The translations under genes were made by a program, and so were the position numbers. A DNA stretch of 61,144 nt, counting the filler. It is 4 parts of 4 records of this genome, joined end to end, with 100 filler letters (N's around TTAATTAATTAA, not from the genome) between each part and the next. Parts side by side here need not be neighbours in the genome. Positions count along the whole stretch, not along the records: positions 1 to 25,521 come from DRR378314_2004; 3 more parts are not named here. One strand, 5' to 3'. The first letter of the stretch is position 1, and every line of letters begins with the position of its first letter. Positions 9,333 through 19,939 of the stretch are shown here, one piece after another. The notes below the pieces were generated by a model. The model did not search any database. It was given only the letters and a program-made list of their open reading frames with translations, and had not been told where the DNA came from.

Positions 9333-10148
9333 GTGTCTACCCCGGAAGCCATTGCAGATTTCGCAGAAAGCCTGGCCCTGAAAGCCGGCGAACTGATCAA
9401 GCACGAACGAGAGCAGAATACCCTCCGCACCGACTACAAACAGCAGACGGAGCTGGTTACCCACGCCGACGTAATGGCCGACGAGATGATCACTGACGCC
9501 ATTCGCAAGCGCTTCCCTGACCATCGCATCCTCTCCGAAGAAACCATGCCCGACCTCAGTCAGGCCGAGAATCTGGACACCCCACTGTGGGTCATCGACC
9601 CCATCGACGGCACGGTGAATTACGCCTACGGACACCCTCAGGTCGCAGTCTCCATTGCCTATGCGGAAAAGGGGCGGGTGCAGGCTGGCGTAGTCCATGC
9701 TCCGTTCTCGGGTGAAACCTTCCGTGCCACACGAGGCGCCGGAGCCACCCTGAATGGCACGCCCATCAAACACAGTGACGCGACCCGGCCCAGGGATTCC
9801 CTGTTCGCCACCGGCTTCCCCTACACCAAAGACAGCCTGCGCCCGCTGCTGAATCGCCTGGATGCCATGATCCACCAGTGCCGGGACCTGCGCCGCGTCG
9901 GCTCAGCGGCACTGGACATCTGCTGGGTAGCCTGTGGGCGGCTGGACATCTACTACGAGAACGTCAGCCCGTGGGATTTTGCCGCTGCGCGATTGATCGC
10001 GCTGGAGGCGGGTGCGACGGCGGGGCATTTCAGTGAAGTGCCGGAGGGCTATCCGGCGGACCTGTGGGGGCGAGACATCCTGATTTCCGCTCCGGCGATC
10101 TGGGAGCCTGTTCGGGGGATTCTGAGGACGGCGTCTGGTTACGAGTGA
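9333..10148 (+). CDS. Inositol monophosphatase family protein (SuhB-like)
   Basis: WVIDPIDGTVNY, GSAALD, PWDFAAA; probable GTG start at 9333 behind GGAGGG (alternative ATG at 9291). Confidence 0.9.
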   Translation: MSTPEAIADFAESLALKAGELIKHEREQNTLRTDYKQQTELVTHADVMADEMITDAIRKRFPDHRILSEETMPDLSQAENLDTPLWVIDPIDGTVNYAYGHPQVAVSIAYAEKGRVQAGVVHAPFSGETFRATRGAGATLNGTPIKHSDATRPRDSLFATGFPYTKDSLRPLLNRLDAMIHQCRDLRRVGSAALDICWVACGRLDIYYENVSPWDFAAARLIALEAGATAGHFSEVPEGYPADLWGRDILISAPAIWEPVRGILRTASGYE

Positions 10149-10735
10149 GACGCCCAGACGGCCTCGGACACCAGGCCCCACGCCTCTTCAAAGTCGTTGG
10201 AGGGTAGCCGGGAAAACGATGAGCGAACAAATCGCTGAATCCGGCCTTCGATAAACACCAGGACAAAATCCGCGCCCCGGGCCGAGCTGGTCCGTGGCCG
10301 CAGGCCCTGACGGATTTCACCTTCTTTCAGTGCCTGCCGCACCTGGGTTTCCAGGCGTTCGAAAAACTGTGAGGCGCGCTTGCGCAGGTTGTCGTCTTCA
10401 CCCATCAGGGCATCACCGGTCAGTACCGTACACAGCCCCGGATTGCGTTCGGCAAAGACCAGCACCAGGTGAACCAACTGCTGCAACCGGATTCGCACGT
10501 CCTCCTGCTCCTGCAAGATTACCTGGCAGCGGGAAAACACCGCTTCCTCGGCAAACTCAATCAGCGCCTCGAACATTTTCCGTTTACTGGGGAAATGGCG
10601 ATACAACGCCGCCTCGGTAACCCCCACGGATCTAGCCAGGCCGGCGGTGGTAATTCGGGCTCCCGGATCTTTCTCCAGAAGCTCCACAAGGGCATGAAGA
10701 ATCGCTTCGCGGCGACTGATTTTTTGTTCTGTCAT
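10139..10735 (-). CDS. slmA: Nucleoid occlusion factor SlmA (TetR family)
   Basis: ITTAGLARSVGVTEAALYRHFPSKRKMFEALIEF, FAERNPG..LTGDAL. Confidence 0.9.
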   Translation of the reverse strand: MTEQKISRREAILHALVELLEKDPGARITTAGLARSVGVTEAALYRHFPSKRKMFEALIEFAEEAVFSRCQVILQEQEDVRIRLQQLVHLVLVFAERNPGLCTVLTGDALMGEDDNLRKRASQFFERLETQVRQALKEGEIRQGLRPRTSSARGADFVLVFIEGRIQRFVRSSFSRLPSNDFEEAWGLVSEAVWASHS

Positions 10736-10772
10736 GGCAGGACTGCAGCGCTCTGTTTAGACTTTCAGGACT

Positions 10773-11582
10773 TCAGAAGAAGGTGCCATCCATCGGGGAC
10801 GACGCACTGGCGTATAACTTCTTCGGCATACGGCCCGCCAGATAGGCATCGCGGCCAGACTCAATGGCCAGACGCATGGCCTTGGCCATGCGGATTGGGT
10901 CCCGGGCCTGGGCGATGGCGGTGTTCATTAGCACGCCGTCACAGCCCAGCTCCATCGCCAGCGTGGCATCCGAGGCCGTGCCCACGCCAGCGTCCACCAA
11001 CACCGGTACGTTGGCGTTCTCGACGATCAGGCGGATGTTATAGCGGTTCTGGATACCCAGGCCCGAGCCGATCGGAGCCCCCAGGGGCATGATCGCGATG
11101 CAGCCCATGTCTTCCAGGCGTTTGGCGAGCAAGGGATCATCGGAACAATACACCATCACCTTGAAACCATCACGGATCAGCTCTTCCGCCGCCACCAGGG
11201 TTTCCGTCATGTTCGGGTACAGGGTTTTTTCCTCGCCCAGCACTTCCAGTTTGACCAGGTCATGACCATCCAGCAGTTCCCGCGCCAGCTTGCAGGTGCG
11301 CACAGCGTCCTTGGCGGTGTAACAGCCAGCGGTGTTCGGCAACATGGTGTAGCGTTCGGGGGACACCACATCCAGTAAGCTGGGCTCGTCCGGGTTCTGG
11401 CCGAGATTGGTGCGGCGCACGGCAAAGGTAACGATTTCCGCCCCGCTGGCCTCGATGGCATGACCGGTTTCGGCCATATCCCGATACTTACCGGTGCCTA
11501 CCAGTAGCCGGGACTGGTATACCTGGCCAGCAATCTCAAGGGGCCTGTCTTCGGGTAGCGGTCTTTCGGAACTGTCACTCAT
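10773..11582 (-). CDS. thiG: Thiazole synthase
   Basis: [44 protein letters not shown]. Confidence 0.97.
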   Translation of the reverse strand: MSDSSERPLPEDRPLEIAGQVYQSRLLVGTGKYRDMAETGHAIEASGAEIVTFAVRRTNLGQNPDEPSLLDVVSPERYTMLPNTAGCYTAKDAVRTCKLARELLDGHDLVKLEVLGEEKTLYPNMTETLVAAEELIRDGFKVMVYCSDDPLLAKRLEDMGCIAIMPLGAPIGSGLGIQNRYNIRLIVENANVPVLVDAGVGTASDATLAMELGCDGVLMNTAIAQARDPIRMAKAMRLAIESGRDAYLAGRMPKKLYASASSPMDGTFF

Positions 11583-11642
11583 GCTGAACACCTGAACCTA
11601 TTAATGGAATTGTAATGAAAACAACAGTGGATAAAGGCAGCG

Positions 11643-11843
11643 TCAACCACCGCCGATGGCATGAACCACTTCCACCCTGTCGCCTTCACTCAGACTGAAC
11701 GCAGCGTGCTGGCTGCGGGGCACAATATCTTCGTTAACCTCCACGGCGAATCGCTTACCAACCAGCGACATCCGTTCGATCACGATCGCGACAGTGGCTT
11801 CTTCGGGAAGCTCCATGGCGTCACCATTGACCTGAACCTGCAT
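11643..11843 (-). CDS. thiS: Sulfur carrier protein ThiS
   Basis: 66 aa MQVQVNG..AVEVNEDIVPRSQH..GDRVEVVHAIGGG with C-terminal GG; upstream of thiG. Confidence 0.95.
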   Translation of the reverse strand: MQVQVNGDAMELPEEATVAIVIERMSLVGKRFAVEVNEDIVPRSQHAAFSLSEGDRVEVVHAIGGG

Positions 11844-11869
11844 AACCTCACCTACCTGACTGTCGGTTT

Positions 11870-12262
11870 CTAACGTTTGAATCCCGCGATCGCAACCAGT
11901 ATCCAGCCCACCATGAAGCAGACACCACCAATCGGGGTCACCGGCCCCACCCAACGGACATCCGTCAGTACCAGCAGGTAGAGACTACCACTGAACAACA
12001 GGATGCCGGCGACCAGGAATCCCGCTGCAATGCCCAGCAGACGCCGTGACAGGCCCGCAACCGGGAGGACTGCAATCAGGATTAACGCCAGTGAGTGATA
12101 CATTTGGTATGTGACGGCAGTCTGGAAAACTTCAAGGCCCCGCGCGTCCAATACACCGCGCAAGCCGTGCGCACCGAAGGCACCGGACATCACCGCCAGT
12201 AACGCAAACAGGGCTCCGCCCACCAGGTAGGCGCGCAGGGGTTCAGCGTGTCTAGCAATCAC
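11870..12262 (-). CDS. DUF423 (YgdD/TMEM256) membrane protein
   Basis: GAFGAHGL, TAVTYQMYHSLAL, LFSGSLY, VTPIGG; exact start uncertain. Confidence 0.88.
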   Translation of the reverse strand: MIARHAEPLRAYLVGGALFALLAVMSGAFGAHGLRGVLDARGLEVFQTAVTYQMYHSLALILIAVLPVAGLSRRLLGIAAGFLVAGILLFSGSLYLLVLTDVRWVGPVTPIGGVCFMVGWILVAIAGFKR

Positions 12263-13052
12263 AATGGATCTTTTCCCCTGTGTCCAGGTTCATCAAGGTA
12301 AGCTTACCGCCCCAGACACAACCGGTATCCAACCCGATATAACGGGTGCTTTCGGTCTGACCTTCCAGGGCCGCCCAATGGCCAAACACAACCCGCACAT
12401 CGTCCTGGCGAGGAAACCGAAACCAGGGCGAAAAACCTTCCGGCGCCGAGTCAGCTGACTCCTTCGCAGCAAGCTCCAGCGTCCCATCCTCGGCGATAAA
12501 ACGCATACGAGTGAAGTAATTGGTGATGATCCGCCAGCGGTCCATGCCGGTCAGTTCCGGGCTCCACCGCTCGGGAATATTGCCGTACATCCGTGCGAAG
12601 TAATCCGTTGCCTCGGGCCCGCGGATGACCTCTTCCACTTCACGACCGTAACCAACGGCCTGTTCCACCGTCCATATGTGCGGCAGGCCGGCGTGAACCA
12701 TCACCAGGTTACGGTCGGCGTCGTGAACACACAGGTTCTGTTGGCGCAACCAGTCGAACAGTCGCCCGTGATCCGGCGCCTCGAGGATATCGGACAGCGT
12801 GTCTTTATTCTTGAGGGCATGGCCGCCCAGGGCAACCGCCAGCAGGTGCAGATCGTGATTGCCGAGCACCACCACTGCCGAGCTACCCAGGCTTTCTACG
12901 TAGCGCAGGGTTTCCAGGGAGGATGGGCCCCGGTTGATCAGGTCGCCGGCCACCCACAGCCGGTCCCGTGACGGTGAGAAGTCCACCTTGGCGAGCACAT
13001 CCATCAGGCGTTCGTAGCAGCCCTGAATATCGCCAATGGCGTAATCAGTCAT
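12252..13052 (-). CDS. apaH: Symmetrical bis(5'-nucleosyl)-tetraphosphatase
   Basis: YAIGDIQGC, GDLINRGP, LGNHDLHLL, FGHWAAL, LDTGCVWG. Confidence 0.96.
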   Translation of the reverse strand: MTDYAIGDIQGCYERLMDVLAKVDFSPSRDRLWVAGDLINRGPSSLETLRYVESLGSSAVVVLGNHDLHLLAVALGGHALKNKDTLSDILEAPDHGRLFDWLRQQNLCVHDADRNLVMVHAGLPHIWTVEQAVGYGREVEEVIRGPEATDYFARMYGNIPERWSPELTGMDRWRIITNYFTRMRFIAEDGTLELAAKESADSAPEGFSPWFRFPRQDDVRVVFGHWAALEGQTESTRYIGLDTGCVWGGKLTLMNLDTGEKIHCDC

Positions 13053-13875
13053 GGCTTACCTCGTCGGCACTGTGACTTTCGGGTTTCGTGTCCGCCAGCA
13101 GATCCGCAATGGCGACGTAGTCCGCCAGACTCAGATTCTCAGGCCGCAGGCCATCGTTGATGCCCACGCTGTTGAGCTGCCCCACCGACACCATGCCAGC
13201 CAGGGCCTTGCGCAGGGTCTTGCGACGGGCACTGAAGGCAGTACGTACCACTGCCTGTAGCAATTTATAGTCCTTCGCCGGGTGCGGCAGCGTGTCGTGA
13301 GGAACCAGGCGAACGATGGCGGACTCCACTTTCGGAGCCGGGCGAAAAGCGCCAGGCCCCACCTCGAACAGTGGCTGCACGCGGCAAAAGTATTGGGTCA
13401 TGATTCCCAGCCGGCCGTAGTTATTGTCGCCCGGCACCGCCGCCATACGTTGAACCACCTCCTTCTGAAGCATGAAGTGCATGTCTTGCACCACACCAGA
13501 GTGCGCCAGCAGATGGAAAATCAACGGGGTGGAAATGTTGTAGGGCAGGTTACCGATGATTCTCAGGGGCTTCTCATCGACCAGTTTGCCGAAATCAAAC
13601 TTCAAGGCGTCAGCTTCGTGGATACGGAAGTTGGGATAGTTAAAGAACTTGGTCCGAAGCACGGGGATCAGATCCCGGTCCAGTTCCACCACCTGGAGAT
13701 TCGGATTGACGGCAAGCATCTCTTCGGTGAGAGCGCCAAGGCCCGGGCCGATTTCCACAAGGGCATCGTCCGGTTTGGGGTGGATGGCGCGGATGATGCG
13801 TTCAATCACGCCGGGGTCGTGAAGAAAGTTCTGACCGAAGCGTTTGCGGGCCTGGTGGCCGTGTTTGCTGCTCAC
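13045..13875 (-). CDS. rsmA: 16S rRNA m6(2)A1518/1519 dimethyltransferase
   Basis: ARKRFGQNFL, EIGPGLGALT, GNLPYNISTPL. Confidence 0.97.
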   Translation of the reverse strand: MSSKHGHQARKRFGQNFLHDPGVIERIIRAIHPKPDDALVEIGPGLGALTEEMLAVNPNLQVVELDRDLIPVLRTKFFNYPNFRIHEADALKFDFGKLVDEKPLRIIGNLPYNISTPLIFHLLAHSGVVQDMHFMLQKEVVQRMAAVPGDNNYGRLGIMTQYFCRVQPLFEVGPGAFRPAPKVESAIVRLVPHDTLPHPAKDYKLLQAVVRTAFSARRKTLRKALAGMVSVGQLNSVGINDGLRPENLSLADYVAIADLLADTKPESHSADEVSHD

Positions 13876-14873
13876 TCGATAGGGTCTCTTTTCGCTGATA
13901 TTGCCATTCGTTCTCCCACCCGGATCGCCGTTCTCAGGCTACCGGCATCCGCCTTGCCCGTGCCAGCCAGGTCAAGGGCGGTGCCATGGTCGACAGAGGT
14001 TCGCACAATGGGCAGACCAAGGGTCACATTGACCGCCCGGCCAAAACCCTGGAACTTAAGGACTGGCAAGCCTTGGTCATGGTACATGGCCAGTACCGCG
14101 TCGGCATTGTCCAGCCAATGGGGCGTAAACAGGGTGTCCGCCGGCAACGGGCCTGTCAGGTCGATGCCTTCCCGGCGAAGGTTTTCCAGGGTCGGTTTGA
14201 TGACGTCGACTTCCTCCCGCCCCAGATGTCCACCTTCGCCGGCGTGGGGATTCAGGCCGGCAACCAGGATTCTGGGGCGCTGAAGACCGAAGAACTTGCG
14301 CAGGTCATTCTCCAGAATACGGGTGACCTGGGTCAGACGCTCGGCGGTAATCGCGGCGGAAACGTCCTTCAGGGGCAAGTGGGTGGTCACCAGGGCCACT
14401 CTTAGTTCGTCAGTGGCCAGCATCATCACCACCCGCTCAACACCGCAGAGCTCCTGCAGGAACTCGGTGTGGCCACTAAAGGCAATGCCGGCGTTATTGA
14501 TAACCCCCTTGTGAACCGGTGCCGTAACCATACCGTCAAACATGCCATCAAGGCAGCCTTGGGCGGCTATTCGCAAGGTTTCCAGAACATAGGCGCTATT
14601 CGCCGGGTCCAGGTGGCCGGCCTTGGTGGAGGCCAATCCATCAACGGAAAACACGGAGAGCCGGCCCGGTTCGAGGGTGGCCGGTGAACCGGGTGTCCAG
14701 TCTTCCAGCGCCACGTCCAACCCAAGCAGTCGGGCCCGCGCCTCCAGCAGACGTTTGTTGGCCACCACCACAATGCCCGGCCCACGTTCTTCCAGGGCCA
14801 GTTGAAGGCAAAGCTCCGGACCAATGCCCGCAGGTTCGCCCGCCGTCAGTGCGAGGGTGACCGGTTGTGTCAT
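13872..14873 (-). CDS. pdxA: 4-hydroxythreonine-4-phosphate dehydrogenase
   Basis: GEPAGIGPE, FSGHTEFL, LNPHAGEGG, MYHDQGL, RTSVDHGTA. Confidence 0.97.
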   Translation of the reverse strand: MTQPVTLALTAGEPAGIGPELCLQLALEERGPGIVVVANKRLLEARARLLGLDVALEDWTPGSPATLEPGRLSVFSVDGLASTKAGHLDPANSAYVLETLRIAAQGCLDGMFDGMVTAPVHKGVINNAGIAFSGHTEFLQELCGVERVVMMLATDELRVALVTTHLPLKDVSAAITAERLTQVTRILENDLRKFFGLQRPRILVAGLNPHAGEGGHLGREEVDVIKPTLENLRREGIDLTGPLPADTLFTPHWLDNADAVLAMYHDQGLPVLKFQGFGRAVNVTLGLPIVRTSVDHGTALDLAGTGKADAGSLRTAIRVGERMAISAKRDPIE

Positions 14874-16192
14874 GATTCGCTGTCAGCTCCGTAGCCGCTC
14901 TTGAACTCAATAAACGCCTCATCGCGGATCTCACGCAGCCAGTTCTGCAGTTCCGTATCAAACTTACGACGGTATATGGCCTGCCGCGCCTCGGATTCCC
15001 GAACTTCACTGCTGATGTCCTGCTGACGACGGTCCTGAACCTGCAGGATGTGCCAGCCAAACTGGGACCGGAACGGACCTTTGAGCTCACCAACATCCGC
15101 ATTCATCATCGCCTGCTCGAATTCCGGCACCATCTGCCCCGGGCTGACCCAGCCAAGGTTGCCGCCGTCAGAGCCGGAAACGGGATCGTCAGAGTGTTCT
15201 TTGGCGATGACCGCAAAATCAGCGCCATTTTCGATCTGCTGGTAGAGTTCGCGAATGGTCGCTTCAGCCTGGGCCTCCGATACCGTTTCCGACGTGCGCA
15301 CCAGAATGTGACGGACTTTCGACTGCTCAATGACCTGTGCCTTTTCGCCGCCCCGCTGGTCCATCACCATCACCAGATGAAAACCGCTGCTGTTCCGCAA
15401 TACCGGGGACACCGTTCCAGTCTCCATATCCGGCACCACGTCGGCAACCAGTGACGGTAGCTGGTTTTCCGCACGCCACCCCATGTTGCCACCGTCGAGG
15501 GCATTGCTGGCGTCAGACTCAGCGACGGCAACGGAACGGAAGTCCCGGCCCTCAACAATCTCTTGACGCAGTTGCTCCACCTTTTCGCGGGCCGCGCTGA
15601 CTTCCTCTTCGTCGTTAAAATCGTTCACTTCGATCAGAATGTGCGCCAACTCGTACTCGGCATTGCTACGACCCTGACCCGCCGTCGCTGAAAGATAGTT
15701 CTCTACTTCCCGATCCGTTACCCGCACCCGGTTGCCGACCTGGCGCTGCTGTACACGGCTGGTGAGCATTTCGTTGCGGATCTGCTCACGGGCCTCACGA
15801 TAGGTGACGCCCTCCTGGACCAGTTGCTGCTCGAACTGGGCCAGGGTCATGTTGTTGCGCTGGGCAATGGACGCCAGGGTTTCGTTAAGCTCGTTGTCGC
15901 TGATGCGCATCCCGGCCCTGTCGGCCATCTGTAACTGGATCGACTCGCTGATCAGTTGTTCCAACACCCGCTCTTCCAGAATATCCCTGGGCGGCAGGCC
16001 GGTCCCCTGTGCGCGCAGGCGCCCGGTGATGGTGTTAATCCTTGCCTCAAGCTCGGATTGCAGAATCACGTCGTCATTGACGACCGCCACCACCTGATCG
16101 AGCAGTTTGCGGTCCGCCTGAACGGTTGCGGATATCATCACAATCATCAGGGCCAGTGTTAATTGTGCGCAATGGCGAAGGTTCGCCTTCAT
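14870..16192 (-). CDS. surA: Periplasmic chaperone / PPIase SurA
   Basis: Signal peptide, DQVVAVVNDDVIL, two parvulin domains (HILI..GGNMGW; HILV..GGNLGW); between lptD and pdxA. Confidence 0.95.
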   Translation of the reverse strand: MKANLRHCAQLTLALMIVMISATVQADRKLLDQVVAVVNDDVILQSELEARINTITGRLRAQGTGLPPRDILEERVLEQLISESIQLQMADRAGMRISDNELNETLASIAQRNNMTLAQFEQQLVQEGVTYREAREQIRNEMLTSRVQQRQVGNRVRVTDREVENYLSATAGQGRSNAEYELAHILIEVNDFNDEEEVSAAREKVEQLRQEIVEGRDFRSVAVAESDASNALDGGNMGWRAENQLPSLVADVVPDMETGTVSPVLRNSSGFHLVMVMDQRGGEKAQVIEQSKVRHILVRTSETVSEAQAEATIRELYQQIENGADFAVIAKEHSDDPVSGSDGGNLGWVSPGQMVPEFEQAMMNADVGELKGPFRSQFGWHILQVQDRRQQDISSEVRESEARQAIYRRKFDTELQNWLREIRDEAFIEFKSGYGADSES

Positions 16193-16258
16193 AGTCACCT
16201 CTAGTATGGAAGAATACTGCCTGTCACCACGTGCACTGCATGCCTGATCGGTCAGACA

Positions 16259-18661
16259 TCAGCGATCACCGAAACGGCGACGTTCCCTTTCGTCAAAGCC
16301 ATAGATGGCTTCGGAAATCTGACTGGACGAGCCACCGCTGCCTCCCAGCCCCTTGAGCTGGATCTGGAACAGCATGCGGCTCTCAAGTTCTTCGTCATCG
16401 GTCAGATAGTTCTGGTGCACCAGTTGCACGCTCCAGCAACAATTATTGTATTCCAGCCCGGCCAGTGAACCGACCGTCCGATCAAGCCCGGAATCGTATA
16501 CCCAGCGGCCGATCAGACTAACACGGTCTGTGACAGGAAAAACGCCCCCGATATCCGACTGTTCGAATTCGTTACGCCGATAGGTGTGGCCCAGGCTGGC
16601 CAGGTAGCGATAGTCATCGGAGTGGAATACCAGCTGGCTGCGACCTTCCTGGGTCTTCCGGGTTTCCGGCTCCCACAGGCCGGACGTGCGAATTTCCAAA
16701 CCATCCACCGGCCGCAACACCATTTCGCCGGCCAGTGGGGAGTCGCTGGCGTCCGAGGCGCCCTCGCCCTCAAGGGTCACCTCACGGTCCTCGTAATAGT
16801 GAACCTGCCCAATACTGAAGCGAGCGCGTTCTGCCCCGGTGAGCAAGTCGTTGAAACGACTGGTGAGGGCCACCGTCAGCTGATTGCTGTCACCCACCCG
16901 GTCTCCCCCGCTAAAACGGTTGCGCTGGAACAATTGGTCGAAGCTGAACGAGCGGATGGCGGTGTCGAAATCCGGAATGAACGACTGGTCAGCGTCGGCA
17001 TCGGCCCAGGCGTAGTAAAGTCGGGGCTCCAGGCTCTGGTTATAGGGAATATCGAACAGGCTGGACTGACGGTCGAAATACAGGCCGGAATCCCATTCCG
17101 CGACTGGTACCGTGCGGTCAAACCCAGGGTCTCGTGCCGTGTAATCCTCCAGCTCATAGCGGGTGTAGTCCACACTGACCGAAGGCCTCGCATAGCCCCA
17201 GAGCGCGCGCATGGGCAGTGCCAGTTCGGGTATGGCCCGGAAGCGCTGACCGTTCGCCTGTTCAAGCCCGCTCAGGTCATCATTGTCGCGATAGAAATAG
17301 GTGTACTGAGTATCCAGGTTCAGCTCCGTCGGCCCGGCGTCAAGCGTCGCACCGTACAAAACCTCCGGCAACTGTGAGTACGGAATGTTCTCTTCAGCAA
17401 TGAAGTCGCTGAGCGTCTGGTAACCGCTGAGATAGGTTTCGAAGTACTGGGACGAATCCCGATAACGGATGCCGCCCCGACGACGCAGATGAGTTGTGCG
17501 ATTGATATCCAGGTTGCGATTGAGGTCACTGAGATAGTCGTTGTCGCTCACCACGGAATAATCCCCGTAGCCTGTCCAGCCATATCCGAAGGTGGCACGA
17601 GTACTGAAATCGAGTCCCCAGCGCTCACCACCCTCCGAGGGAAATTCTTCCTCGTACTCGGAGTCATTGCCGGCGTAACCTACCTGAAGCACCGATTCCC
17701 CCAGGCTACTGAGATAGCGCCCCTCCACCTCAGTAAACAATCCACGGCCATGGATGTACTGCGGAGTCAGCGTTGCGTCGTAATGGGGCGCCAGGTTGAG
17801 ATAGTAAGGCACCGAAAGGAAAGCCCCACTGCCAGCGCTAGAGGTACCAAAGGACGGATACAGGAAGCCGGTCTTGCGGCGGTCGTCAATGGGGAAACTG
17901 GCATAGGGCCAGTAAAACACCGGGATGTCACTGATTTCCAGACGAACATGCTTTGCGGTGCCCACACCTTCGGCCTGGTCCAGACGAATGTCCGACGCCA
18001 CAATCGACCAGTCGTTATTGTTTGGAGCACAGGTGGTCAACGAGCCGTCACGAATCTGCACCTGGTTTTCCGCTGTTCGGGACAACTTCCCGGCAGACCC
18101 CCGCATTTCCGGGCCGTGCAGCAGAAAAGTCGCGGTATTGATGTCCACACGACCACTGTTGACGTCGTAGTCTGCTCGTTCCCCTGTCAGTAGAAACCCA
18201 TTGCCGCGGCTCGTCAGCGGTCCCTCTATGGCCACCGCTCCAGTCGCCTGGTTGTAGCGGGCCTCGGAGCCCGTCACACGGAATCCCGACTGTTGCAGGC
18301 GAACATCTCCTCTCAGAAACAGCTCGTTGTCGAGTTCGTACCGCGCATTAAGCCCGCTGGCCTGCAGCGGCGCCTGCCCATTACCCGCCACTGGCTCACC
18401 CGCGTCGCCCTGTGTCGCCCCCGACACCACGGACGGCAGATACCCCCCCTCGCAGAAGTCCGGCAGGGAACGGCGAACATCCTCAGGCAGTTCTGACTTC
18501 GGCCGCCAATCGATCTCGGCGGCCGACGGCGCTGGTTCCTGGGCGTAAACCACCGGTATTGACCCCACCGCCAAGCTGCTCGCAGCGGACACCATCAGCA
18601 ACCCGAAACGGCGCCCTATGCGGGGTGGTGGCATTCGCAGCTTCCTTGTTGGGGCTGGCAC
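16259..18661 (-). CDS. lptD: LPS-assembly protein LptD
   Basis: PIDDRRKTGFLYPSFG, PYYLNLAPHYDAT, LEPRLYY, NRFSGGDRVGD, YNNCCW, QIQLKGLG; start uncertain (18661 or 18634). Confidence 0.95.
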   Translation of the reverse strand: MPAPTRKLRMPPPRIGRRFGLLMVSAASSLAVGSIPVVYAQEPAPSAAEIDWRPKSELPEDVRRSLPDFCEGGYLPSVVSGATQGDAGEPVAGNGQAPLQASGLNARYELDNELFLRGDVRLQQSGFRVTGSEARYNQATGAVAIEGPLTSRGNGFLLTGERADYDVNSGRVDINTATFLLHGPEMRGSAGKLSRTAENQVQIRDGSLTTCAPNNNDWSIVASDIRLDQAEGVGTAKHVRLEISDIPVFYWPYASFPIDDRRKTGFLYPSFGTSSAGSGAFLSVPYYLNLAPHYDATLTPQYIHGRGLFTEVEGRYLSSLGESVLQVGYAGNDSEYEEEFPSEGGERWGLDFSTRATFGYGWTGYGDYSVVSDNDYLSDLNRNLDINRTTHLRRRGGIRYRDSSQYFETYLSGYQTLSDFIAEENIPYSQLPEVLYGATLDAGPTELNLDTQYTYFYRDNDDLSGLEQANGQRFRAIPELALPMRALWGYARPSVSVDYTRYELEDYTARDPGFDRTVPVAEWDSGLYFDRQSSLFDIPYNQSLEPRLYYAWADADADQSFIPDFDTAIRSFSFDQLFQRNRFSGGDRVGDSNQLTVALTSRFNDLLTGAERARFSIGQVHYYEDREVTLEGEGASDASDSPLAGEMVLRPVDGLEIRTSGLWEPETRKTQEGRSQLVFHSDDYRYLASLGHTYRRNEFEQSDIGGVFPVTDRVSLIGRWVYDSGLDRTVGSLAGLEYNNCCWSVQLVHQNYLTDDEELESRMLFQIQLKGLGGSGGSSSQISEAIYGFDERERRRFGDR

Positions 18662-18901
18662 GGTGAGCGGGTTCCTGTCCAGAATGGATTCGCAGCTGTC
18701 GGAGACAATTCAACAGCGGCCTAGTTTACACGGCGGTCTTTGCCTTGTTAACGGAAACCGGCCTTTGTTAACGGAAACCAACCATTGCTGCAAAACCGTT
18801 TTACCGTCTCTATACTGATCTGCTAACTTTCGGCCATGAGCCCGCAGGTTCGTCGCAGCGAGATCATCGATAACTTCAGAATCAGGAAACCAGTCAATCC
18901 C

Positions 18902-19939
18902 ATGGATACCCGCCTGACAATGCTCACCCAGTGGGTCAGAGACCTTCCCGGTTTTGACCAGGCGACACCCGAGCCAGTATCCGGGGATGCGAGCTTCCGC
19001 CGTTATTTCCGCGTCAGCGGTGACCCCCATGGCACCGGCGCGCAACCGTATATTGTGATGGATGCGCCGCCAAAGCATGAGGATTGTGGCCCCTTCGTTG
19101 CCATTGCCCATCACTGGCGCAGCCAGGATATCGCCGTACCCGACATCGTCCATGAAGACCTGACCCGGGGTTTCCTGCTGCTGGAAGACTTCGGTGACAC
19201 ATTGATGCTCAGCGCTCTTGATCACACCAACGCTGACCGCCTCTACGGCGCCGCCATGGATGAACTGATCCGTATACAGCAGGCCGGCGACGCCTCCGAC
19301 TACCCCCTACCGGACTACGACATCGCCTTGCTGGATCGCGAGATGGCGCTGTTTCCGGACTGGTTGCTGACCCAACAGCTGGGGCTGACCCTGTCCAACA
19401 GCGAGCGAGCGCTGCTGGACACCACCTTTGCCTTTCTGCGGGAGAGCGCCCTGGCCCAGCCGAACGTGGTAGTACACCGTGACTACCATTCCCGCAACCT
19501 GCTGATTCGTCCGGGCACAGACCGGCCCGGTGTGATTGATTTCCAGGACGCTGTACGGGGCCCTGTCACCTATGACCTGGTGTCGCTATTGAAGGACTGC
19601 TATATCCGCTGGCCGGAAGAGCGCTTGAACCAGTGGACCGAGCGCTTCCGCCTGCTCAGTGCGGAGGCCGGACTGCACAAGGCCGACAGGGACACGTTCC
19701 GTCAATGGCTGGAGCTCATGGGCATGCAGCGCCACCTTAAAGCTGCAGGCATCTTTGCCCGACTGGCCATCCGTGATGGTAAAACCGGCTTCCTGAAGGA
19801 TGTTCCCCGCACCGTTGGCTACCTGGTGGAGGCCAGCAGCCGGCAGGCCGCGCTGCGCCACTTCCACGAATGGCTCACAGAAACGGTGGTGCCGCCCATT
19901 GAAAAACAGATTGGCCCAGTGGAGACCGCCGGCCAGTGA
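18902..19939 (+). CDS. amgK: MurNAc/GlcNAc anomeric kinase (APH-like phosphotransferase)
   Basis: GDASFRRYFR, HRDYHSRNL, IDFQDA, YDLVSLLKDCY; divergent from lptD and coupled to murU. Confidence 0.88.
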   Translation: MDTRLTMLTQWVRDLPGFDQATPEPVSGDASFRRYFRVSGDPHGTGAQPYIVMDAPPKHEDCGPFVAIAHHWRSQDIAVPDIVHEDLTRGFLLLEDFGDTLMLSALDHTNADRLYGAAMDELIRIQQAGDASDYPLPDYDIALLDREMALFPDWLLTQQLGLTLSNSERALLDTTFAFLRESALAQPNVVVHRDYHSRNLLIRPGTDRPGVIDFQDAVRGPVTYDLVSLLKDCYIRWPEERLNQWTERFRLLSAEAGLHKADRDTFRQWLELMGMQRHLKAAGIFARLAIRDGKTGFLKDVPRTVGYLVEASSRQAALRHFHEWLTETVVPPIEKQIGPVETAGQ

